From the NCBI GenBank assembly GCA_905178155.1, contig CAJINV010000001.1:5894750-5958749 (forward strand): a stretch of 64,000 bases of DNA, read 5' to 3'. Position 1 is the stretch's first letter. Every line of letters starts with the position of its first letter. This document shows, in pieces, positions 52,053-61,828 of the stretch. The position numbers and the translations under genes were made by a program. The notes beneath the pieces were generated by a model. That model worked only from the letters and a program-made list of their open reading frames with translations. It did not search any database and had not been told where the DNA came from. Source of the stretch: Amoebophrya sp. A120. Its lineage: Eukaryota > Protista > Dinoflagellata.

Positions 52053-52155
52053 GCGTCGTCATCTCTGTGACATTCGCCTCCGGCAGCGCGCTCATCACTG
52101 AATTTTTTGTAATGTGTCATACGCACTAGAAGTAGTCTCAGCAGAGTTCCAAAGG

Positions 52156-55100
52156 ATGCGGCAGCAGATAGCGGCGCTTTTAGCGACCGCCGGGGTTTCG
52201 GGTCGAGAGACCCAGAACCCCGTGGTGACCGGCGCCATGGAGTCCACGTCGCCGGATCTTGGCGAGGTGGCCAGTATGCTCGAGGACATGCAGAAGGGTA
52301 TTCAGCAGCTGCACGATGAGGATGCCTCGCTGTACGAAAAGGAAGCCTGTCACTGCGAAGAAGAGACTTCAAATCTGGCCGAACCGGGGAAGGGCGTGAT
52401 TCCGTTGGTAGAAGCTCGTTACGGGCCGTTTGTGTTTTCTTTTATGTTGTCATTTTCTTTATCTGCGCAGTGTGTGACGCCTGGGTAGGTAAACAGAGCC
52501 AGGGTAGTGGGTATTTGCAAGAACGGGTTGAGTAACATCCCACATGTATGATAACTCAAACCAACTAAAATACAATTTCCAGGCCGTCCTCGCCATCAAT
52601 GAGGCCAGTCAGACGATTAAAGAGAAGACTGCCTTGAAAAAGGACGAGGAAGAGGATCTTGCGACCAACACCGAGGAGCTTGCTGCCGTCCGCAAATTAG
52701 AGAAGGAGCAATCTACGGCCTGGGCCAAGCGAAAAGCTGAGCTGGAGGCTAATATTGCAGAGTCCACTATCCAAGAAAAAAACTGTGTGAGTGTAACTTT
52801 GTGTTGCAGAACATACAACAGAGTTACACCTGTCATGCCAGACAGCCACGAAGTCCTATTTTCATGTGTGTTTTCCCGTACAAGCGACGCATGACAGGTT
52901 TTCTCTGTCATGTAGAGCAAATTTGTGATGCTGTTCCCCAAAGAAACTTACACCTACACACTTTTTTTCCTGGATATCCACACAGGCAGCCAACGCGTTA
53001 GCCGGCGCCACACAGAAATTGCAGTCGGAAAAGCACGCTTCGATCCTCAAGCTGGTTGAAGACATGATGACGGAAACCAAAGGTACATGCTAGCGCTCAT
53101 TTTTAGGTTTTCTAGCTCTTTCCACAAGCATCTCATTTGTACTGGAAGCTGTTTTCAGTTTCATCAATTTCCATTTTAACACCGACCGCAGACACTCTGA
53201 AGACCTACAACACGGAGAAGTCCACGGAGCAGACTGCTCGCGACGACCAGAACGTGGCCAACATTAAGACTGAGGCCGACGAGAAGGAGCAGATCCGCCT
53301 TGGCGAGGAGTCCATCGCGGACTGCAAGGAAAAGATTGGCAAGGCCAAGACCAAGTTGCTCGACAACGAGGGCGAGTTGAAGGACGCGCACCAACAGCTC
53401 GCGGACCTGACCGCGTTTTGCGAGGCCCAGGCGGGAGATTGGGACAAGATGTCCGCCGAGCGCAAGAAGGACTTCGGCGTTTTGGTATCAACTGTAAAAA
53501 TGCCTGGGTCTGGAAGAATTCATGTTTGTCATGCTTGTCTGGCATGACTATTAAATCTGTCACGCACGTTACCCAAGAGCTCCGCTTTTCTGTGATGCAG
53601 AGGCGCAGCTTGTCATGCAGAATAGGCAACACCTAGGAGCTCAGAAACTTGCCATGCTGAGCCAGCATTTGTAGCCTCATCATGAGACGCTACCCAGCAT
53701 CACAAGTTCCCAGACCCAGACATTTTTCCTTTTGATATTTGGAGGTCGCGATCAACGTTTTGACGTGCGGTAAGGAGAAGTGCGGCGTGGCGCCGGACGA
53801 GACGAATTTTGCCCAAGTCTCCTTCCTGCAGACGTCGAAAAAGGCCGCATTCTTGGCGAAGTTTTCCCAGAAGAACCGTTCTCACATGAAGAAGCTGCAG
53901 CAGTTATCCTGAGTAAAAACGTCCCCACCCCAGAGTCAAGATGGGGATTTTGCAACACAAGCCATGAAGTTTTGGGAGCCACGCATGACAAATTGCAGGC
54001 TGTATTGTAGTGCAGTTTAGCAAGGGAAGTCGCATTACAAATCCATCTGCTTATCCTGTTTACAGCATTACAAGTTCCAAAACACGATCGGGAATGCCTA
54101 TCATGGAGATGCGCATTACAAATGCACTTGCGCTTGCAGATCTGCATGACAGCTATGGGGTGGGGACGTTTTCAAATACGATAGCAGTCCGACTCCGCCA
54201 AGAGAAACGCTGTGCGCTCTTTGGTTCGCTTCGGCGAGCAGAACGGAATGAGCGAGTTGCTGCAGTTCAAGAGCGTGTTGAAAAACCAAAAAGACCCGCT
54301 TCTGGGGGCGAAGAATCTGTTGCGCAAGCTGATCGAGAAGTTGACGACGGAGATGGCGCTAGACCAGGGCGAGATGAACAAGTGCTCTACGGCGTTGGCG
54401 GAGTGCACGACCAAGCGAGACTTCGCGCTGGAGGAAGTCAGCAAGGTGAATACTATATCAAGATGTGCATATTTTCTTCAAATCCGAGCGCCTTTTTCTT
54501 TTTCACTCGCTGAAGTCACCTTCTGGGTGACTTTGACCTTTGTTACTTCGGGGTTACGTTTAGGGCCATGAGTTAGAATTCAAAGTCGCGTTCGAAAAAA
54601 AAACACGAAACCCAACAGTTGAAAGTGGAGGCCGAGGAGCTCGGATTGTCGGTCGAAGAGGACAAGAAGGAGTTTGGCGAGCAAGCTATCCCACAGAAAA
54701 AGACAGGCAGGTCAGATTTGTAATGCAAAAATCAATACACAAAAAAATCTGCCATCGGCGAGCCCATAGCATGCTGTTCAGGACACGCAGTGCCGATTTT
54801 TTTGTCTATTTAATTTTGCATTACAAATCTGAGCTGCCTGCTTTTTTCTGTGTGATACAAGCCGTCGAATACAAGGAGAACCAGGACAATGCCAACGAGA
54901 AGACGGAGGTTGTCATCCCCGAAATGGAAGAGGCGTACGCGACCGAGAAGCAGGAGCTGACCAAGCAGAAGACCTGGCTGCACCAGGCCGTCGTGATTCT
55001 GCGGAAGCACTTTGGCATCGAGGAGAACGATTTGCGGTCGGGCAGCAAGGACTCCGCCTCCGGCCTCACTGAGGGCGTCACGGAGAAGTCTACGTCGGCC

Positions 55101-55529
55101 GGAAGGAAGGTAAATAACCAGGGCCAGACCCAATCGATGGGCCAAACGGTCGTTCACATGCTGAACGATTTCTTGGAGCAGCGCACGGCGGAACTGAAAG
55201 GGCTCCGCGAGGCGCACATCAAGGCGCTCGCCGGGGAGCGCAAGCTGAAGCAGGATCTGTCCGCAACCGCAGGTGCTGCGAAATCCAGAACCGAATACTT
55301 GCTGGCCACGATCGAAAAGGAAACCGCTGAATTTAACGAAAAGATTGAAGAGCTGCAAGCTCGGCTGGACGCCGCCGCGGTCAACGGGCGCTGTGTCCAG
55401 AAGCTGGAGCCGTGTGGCGTGCAGACCGACATGCGGGCGAAGCGCGAGGCAGAAATGAAGGCGCTCAAGGAGGCTTGGGACAAGCTTGCGGAGGGGACCG
55501 AAGCGGTGCGACCGGCCACCTGGGAGTAA
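52156..55529 (+). CDS. Secreted long coiled-coil protein (about 8 exons)
   Basis: Signal-like MRQQIAALLATAGVSG; E/K-rich heptads; VSFLQ motif; frame restored across four introners and GT-AG introns. Confidence 0.72.
52768..52976. mobile_element. TIR introner, family G
   Basis: TATCCAAGAAAAAAACTGTGT; direct repeat TCCAC. Confidence 0.95.
53486..53737. mobile_element. TIR introner, family B
   Basis: Family B TIR; direct repeat TTTGG. Confidence 0.93.
53905..54183. mobile_element. TIR introner, family A (inverted relative to 529 and 4807)
   Basis: TATCCTGAGTAAAAACGTCCCCACCCCA; direct repeat GCAGT. Confidence 0.93.
54687..54857. mobile_element. TIR introner, family E (inverted relative to 19613)
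   Basis: TATCCCACAGAAAAAG...CTTTTTTCTGTGTGATA; direct repeat CAAGC. Confidence 0.95.
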
Positions 55530-56993
55530 ATAGCGGCAGGGAAAGCAGGTTTTTGCTGGTGCATAAAATTTTTCGCGCCTTGTAGTATAGATGATAGTGT
55601 GTGCGCAGTGTTGTGACACTGAACATCAAGAATCCGCTTGCAATTTTCTTGAAATTGCCTATTTGCAGAGAAAATTTTGATTTAGATTTTGTACGATTCA
55701 TTTAGCGGATTTTGGTGCGTTCCGGCTCAGCCACGAGTTGTTTCACTCACTTTGATACTTTTTTCATCATTTAATACTTGCAACTAAAGACAGACTTTTT
55801 ACATTGATACTGAATACTTGCTAATCGAAATCGAATACTTGTAACTAGTGGTCTACCTGATTTTGAATACTTGCTGAATACGTTTAGATCTAGTTCACGA
55901 GCGCGTTGAGACAGCGTTGACTGGCTGCTCGGAAGGCAAATAGATTTTGCTTTGGCTAAATGAATGATTGATACCCAGGCGGTGGAAAGAAAAATGCAAG
56001 CGTGTTATGATGGCAAGTAATGATACCCAGCAGCGTGACACGAGGCAAATTCTGACTGCATAGGCGACATTTGTCGTGTAAGGGTCGGCGCAGCGTCTGT
56101 TCGGTCGTACCTAGCAGGTGCGAGGACGCGTGCCGCGGGCGCTGGGGCAAGCACGTGAGAAATTTTTGTCTCAGCGCCAGATACTAGTTTTGTGCTGTAG
56201 AAAGGCTCGGCTTTTGATTGTCGGTCAAGACTCGGCTCATCGCAAAAAAAAACACAGCTTCCATCGTGCTTGCGCAGGTTTGCCAAAAAGATCCAGCACG
56301 TTCGTACTTGCAACAAACAACTCGTCGTTCTGTTGTTTTCTGTCCACCGTGTAACCTTTCGTACCCGCTTTAGATCGTACAAAATCGAAGAAGCTTGGAA
56401 GTGACCCGATCACACGATAAGGACTCCGACGTTCTCTCAGAGAAAAATTCAAAACCATTGGATGCAAAACCGCATTCTCACGTGCAACTGATGCTGGACG
56501 TGACTAACAGATTGATGACTGACTAAACAAGCTACAACCCAACTTAAATTCGTCAGCCAAAATTCCATTCCGTTTCAATTCATTCACAACAGATAGAGGC
56601 ACGCCAAGCGATCTTGATGACGGCGGTATGTTTTATGTAGCAGATACAGATAGAGCCCAAGTATAGAATTGCGCATTGTGAATTAGAAAAATAAGTAGCT
56701 GCACATGCTTCCGAGAAGCGCGACTAAGTAAAAGATTTTCATGCTTCGCCAGCATGGTTGTTTCAGTCTCTCAGTGTGCCCAGCCCGCGCCGCGGCGAGT
56801 ACCACTGTGGCCTGAGGCGGTTTTTGGGAAGCGCCAGCAGTATCAATCTGCTGGTAAAAACAGTGCAGCCAGTAGAAGAGCATTCCGTCTGTGAGACCTG
56901 CGTCGTGCTTGTCAACTCACAAGTCGCTGTGGCATACCTAGTCAACAAGTGCAGCATCGGTCAGGAGGGGACTTCTACCGTTCCGGTGCAAAA

Positions 56994-58308
56994 ATGACGG
57001 CGCAGAGTTTGGAGATGCAGAAAAATCCGGAGGAGGATGAAGAGCTGAACTCTGTGGAGGCGCATTTGCAGCGCTTTCGGGAAATTCTCGACCCAAATGC
57101 CTTCGAATACCTCGGAACCGTGGATCCGGCAGTAGTTGGAAAAAGCGCAAATGTCAGCGGCCTGAACATAATGGAATTTGAGGGTATAGTCTTACTTTCG
57201 CATACAAATTGAAACTCTCGTGTCCTGGCTACGTGCTGGTCTTATATTCGTTGCAGCTTCTTGCGACAAGAAGAAGAAGAACTATGTTCATATGATTAAG
57301 AAAATGATTTGTACTACTTAATAAGTGTTACAGTGCACTTTCAAATAGAATGAATGTGGAAAATGAACAGATGTCCTCCTGGACGAGGACAACCTCTTTT
57401 ACCTCCCGAAAGTGGAACCGCACCGGGGCAGATCGGAGCGGCTAGGTAGATTTTACCATTTTCTGGACAAGACCACGCTCTATGTAAAGTCAAGGTGGGG
57501 CGTTTTCGTTTTTCTACTCTTTCTCCTGACCAGCAGGATATACGCGCTCCAGGGTTTCTTTCTCGTGGCCTACGCATGTAGCATTTACCTGCTGAATTTG
57601 GTGCTCGGGTTTCTAACGCCAGCCGTCGACCCAGAACTCGATAATCGAAGAGCTGGCGACACCGACACAGAAGACTTTAGGCCTTTCGGTATACAGATTT
57701 TTTTCTTGCCGAAAGCTCGTTACTCCAATTATTTTGTTGACCTGAAGACGGATCGTGGTAAGTATTAAGTATTTTTATTTCAGTTGTGGGATTCGAGCTT
57801 AAGTTTGACTCGAAGATGGATTTTGACGATGTAAAAAACATAAACAGTACGGCAAGTCCCGGAGTTTAAATTTTGGTTCGATGCAACGCGGTGTGTGGTG
57901 ATCAGCTTGACGCTGACAATGTTTCCGTGCTTCGATCTACCGGTATTTTGGCCGGTTTTGCTGGTGTATTTTCTCTTGCTCACCTTCTTCACGCTCAAGG
58001 AAAGGATAAAGCACATGATCAGGTAAAATGATTTCTTTGTTTTTTGCAATGTTTTTGCTTGTTTTCACACAGGCAGCATCATCCGGGAGACACGAGCCAT
58101 TTTGCGTATCGCAGGGAACAAAAGGCAGTTCACTTATTGCAGTTGTGTAGTTGGTGTGCATCCAGTGAGAATTTTCCTACCTCGACTCCAAATCAGGCAC
58201 CGCTACCTGCCATTTACGTACGGAAAAAAGACCTACAATAAGCTGCCGGAGCAAGACCCGGGGGAAAATCCACCCGGAACAGGAGGGGGTAAGGAGAATA
58301 TTGTCTGA
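56994..58308 (+). CDS. RER1: RER1, Golgi-to-ER retrieval receptor (about 4 exons, canonical introns)
   Basis: GFFLVAYACSIYLLNLVLGFLTPAVDP, DFRPF, PEFKFW, FDLPVFWPVLLVYF, IKHMIRHRYLPFTYGKK. Confidence 0.9.
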
Positions 58309-59090
58309 TGCTCCAACCACCGGGCCACGCTGCCGAGTACAATAGCGAAAGCGGTGGAGCAGAGGAAACGAAATTCGATGTAGTAGTAGAGTAGCGACTG
58401 CGACACCGACAGCGACAGCATGGGGAAAGAACACGCCAAAGCAAGCGGGTCTTCCTCTAATGAGGGCACACCAATTCACAACGAGTCAGCGGCAACCAAA
58501 CATGCGCGATACACTAAGCGTATCACACGAAAGAATAATAGCGTATCAAGAGCACTGCAGTGTTTTTTTGGAAAGCGACACCTTATCAGCTCCACATCGA
58601 GCTCTGCCACTGGAAACCTTCAGTTTTCGAAGAATAAACGCGATTCTGGAGTGACAGTTTCCAGCTTGTACGTCAAAAAAGAAATAAAACAAGAAGAACA
58701 GCGACAGAATATAATGTGGACGCGGAGACTTGAATCCGGGACCGCAGAAAGCAACAGTCAGGCCGGTTTCCGTTATGCGCCTATTTTTCTGTTCGGATCC
58801 GAAGTAAAAATACGAAAGGAGAACCGTAATTCAAGCTAGAAACCGCTCTATTTTTTGAGAGAGTGCTACAAGTGGATGCGTCGAAAAGAATCGTCTGCAG
58901 TGCGTAATCCTGATGAAAGAGAAGCTCGAGAGTGTTGGGACGCGAGGGAATGCTCCGATTAAGTATTTTGCGGGAGCGGGGGTTCTTTTGGCTTGCAGTC
59001 AAGAATGATAATGAGCAATGACTGTGTGCGGCAAAAGTTGTTTGGGAGACGATCCGTTGCTCTGGTGGGTCGATTATTTGGACAGGAAAA

Positions 59091-60605
59091 ATGTTGTACG
59101 CCAGCGGACAATCCTTCGTGGCCGTTTCGACGCAGCGACTCATTCCGGTTCGTACCAGAGCAGCAGTTTGTCTTCCGGTTGTTTCTACTAGGGTCAGCGA
59201 TCATGGGCGGTGGGAATTTATTCGAATCGCCGCGAGCCGACGTAGTTTATGCACTCGTACAGCCACAACTTCTCGTGTGGCACTTACCTACTTTCAGCGT
59301 ACTGTCCATCCGCACGACAACATCGCGGGCAGAACTGAAAATACATTGAACCATTTTTCTGCGTCCAGCAGCTCTTCTCGCTATGCAGCTTCTTCCCCCT
59401 CGAAGTCCTCGAAGCGATGTTTTGCATCGAGGAGCGCACATCAAAAATCGGCGAAAAGTAGTACTACGCATCAACCCGAAGTCACCATCGAGTTCACGAA
59501 CGAGAACGACCAGCTCATTCCCACATTTGACGAAGCGCTGCTCCTGCACACGCGCGCGCGCGCTTGGGCGTTCAGCGGACTGTTTTTCGGCGGCCTGGGT
59601 CTGGCGGCAAGCCTGCCGCCGATACTGTTTTCTGCATCCGGGGCACTGCTGCTTGCATTTCACATCTCCGTCGACCGGCTCATGTTGCACTTGATTGCCA
59701 TCCATCTGCGTGCACACATCACATCCGCAAAATTCCGAGCGGTCGAGTTTGAGGACCTGCAAGAACCGGGCAGCTTTGGTGGACAGCAGCACCTCATTCC
59801 CCCCGTGAAAAAGTGGAATGTTTTGTTGTCGAGTCCTGGGTGCGAGCGGGCCTTCGATTGCACAACCGAGGCTCCTCCTGCTGTCGAAACGAGTGAAAAT
59901 AAAGAGCAAAGCAACTCTTCTGCAACTGCGGATCAAGATGAGACGACGACGCGCGAATTTAAAACATCGAGCGGGTCAGGCATCCGCTTCGAGTTCCGTT
60001 TCGGAGACCAGGCTAATGTGGAAAACCCCATGTTCGGCAGAAGCACGGCAACAGGCGGAGGTGATCCGGTTTCGCTTGGCGACATTGCAAAGTACTTGCA
60101 GCTGCTGTACCTCCCGACAGAAGCAGAGCTGGTCCTGAACAAGGACGGGAAGGACCGCGATAAGGCGGCGGTCTGGGAAGTCCGGATCCAAAACCATGCG
60201 AAAATAACGGACAACAGGTCAAGTTCCAAGGAAGATTTGCTGGCGCGCAAGAACTTGGAGCAAGATCTGCTGGATTCGGTGACTAACGCTTACGTGGTAA
60301 AGGAGACGGAAGTGCTCACGCTCCAGCCCCTGCGTTCGTCGGAGCAGCTGCCGCCGGCCTACAGTGTCAAGTTCGGCTCCGTGCAGCCCGGGCAGATCGC
60401 CTACATGAAGACGGTCTTCGATCGGCTTCGGGACAACGCGCGCCAACAGGGACTGGAGCCCGACGCGCACCCTCTGCAGCGGTACCTCACGGCGCCCCCC
60501 ATCGACGCGCTGCTAATCGTGCCGGCGCTGTACCACACGGGCGGAACGTTGTTTCTGCTCCTGGGGTCGACGATTTTTTTGCTGCGGCGGGAGCCCCAGG
60601 CATGA
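59091..60605 (+). CDS. Hypothetical membrane protein, single exon
   Basis: 504-aa ORF with an R/S-rich N-terminus (possible transit peptide) and hydrophobic segments. Confidence 0.6.
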   Translation: MLYASGQSFVAVSTQRLIPVRTRAAVCLPVVSTRVSDHGRWEFIRIAASRRSLCTRTATTSRVALTYFQRTVHPHDNIAGRTENTLNHFSASSSSSRYAASSPSKSSKRCFASRSAHQKSAKSSTTHQPEVTIEFTNENDQLIPTFDEALLLHTRARAWAFSGLFFGGLGLAASLPPILFSASGALLLAFHISVDRLMLHLIAIHLRAHITSAKFRAVEFEDLQEPGSFGGQQHLIPPVKKWNVLLSSPGCERAFDCTTEAPPAVETSENKEQSNSSATADQDETTTREFKTSSGSGIRFEFRFGDQANVENPMFGRSTATGGGDPVSLGDIAKYLQLLYLPTEAELVLNKDGKDRDKAAVWEVRIQNHAKITDNRSSSKEDLLARKNLEQDLLDSVTNAYVVKETEVLTLQPLRSSEQLPPAYSVKFGSVQPGQIAYMKTVFDRLRDNARQQGLEPDAHPLQRYLTAPPIDALLIVPALYHTGGTLFLLLGSTIFLLRREPQA

Positions 60606-61828
60606 GGAGGAAGCTGCAGTGCTGGGGATATTGTCGGAAAAAAATACGAAAAATTCGTCGGGATGGTCATGATTCTTGTGTTTCTTGTGTAGATAGTTGT
60701 CATAAAAATGTCTTCGCGTATGCTCCTCCCGGCTCCTGGGACAACTCGAAGTGAAGAGAAGAAAGAAAAAGAAGATCAAGATTTTGGTTCAATGAAAAAG
60801 CTACGAAAGATTTGAACGTACGAAGATCAAGCCAGCAAAGAACCATTTTCAGCACCGTGATGCACTTCGCTGTGGTAGTAGATGAAATTGAAAGAAGCAG
60901 AACACCAAGACAAGCCGCTCAAATGCACAAGAAAAAGTTTTGATCGCTGCGAAGTCGAGTCATTGAGCGCGGCACAGGAGTTGTGCGGTTTTTTGTTTTT
61001 CTTATCAAAAAAAAATCAAAAAAGGATCGCGATCAGTATGATATCGAATTTGGAAGAACTATGCACCTAGAGCCATGCGATCCCGAGACGATCACGACTG
61101 CGATTTGCCACATCCATGTGTGTGTCTCGTCTTTTGCAAAGGTAATATACTACGGTAGTTTGTCTTTTGCTGATACCGAAGCTCACCTGAATCAGAACGA
61201 TCAAGCCAAGAGATCAAGATCGAGATCTTTCGTTATCAAGCCACAATATCCCGTGCTGGATCTGGTGGTAGTTATCAGGGTTGAATAAATAGAGGTGATG
61301 GCTTTGCTGCAATGACAATGTGCTACAAAACAAGTTTCTGCAGAAGTGATCTGAATGCAATTTACTGCATATCAAGGCGGAAGGTGGGATCATACAGTTA
61401 GTGAAAATTATCGATCCCCAGCTGCGATGAAAGGATCACAAGATCAGTGCCTTACGGCGCAAAGGTTCCATTTATGATGAACATTCCTGCTGATTCTGCT
61501 GTCGAAAATTGAAATTCGAATTCATCAACACTGAAGCAAAACCTGCAGACTTGGCCAGTAATTTGGTCCAGAAGGTACTGGTAGGAAGTCACTTTTAGTT
61601 CGTCCTCGCGCTAAAAGTTCTTGCACTGAGATAGTTGTTTAACGAAAGATTAAAGACATAAATTTCAAATCGTTGTGGTTTCGAGCATCTCTCTATTTGC
61701 ATTCATCGTTGAAATTGGAAATCGAGTTTTTCTCTGCTGTTTTTTCACTCCATCGTTTCGAAAAGTAAGTTCTGATTCACACTTCGTGTTGAGTTCAAAT
61801 GACCGGCTACGTGTCCACAGACAAGAAG

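Noticed and set aside
3859-53737. Recurrent short ORFs with peptides such as CKNVWVWK, PDPDIF, FQTQTF, KMSGSG, VWVRFYSGY
   Set aside because: They are translations of family A and B terminal inverted repeats in various frames, not a protein family.
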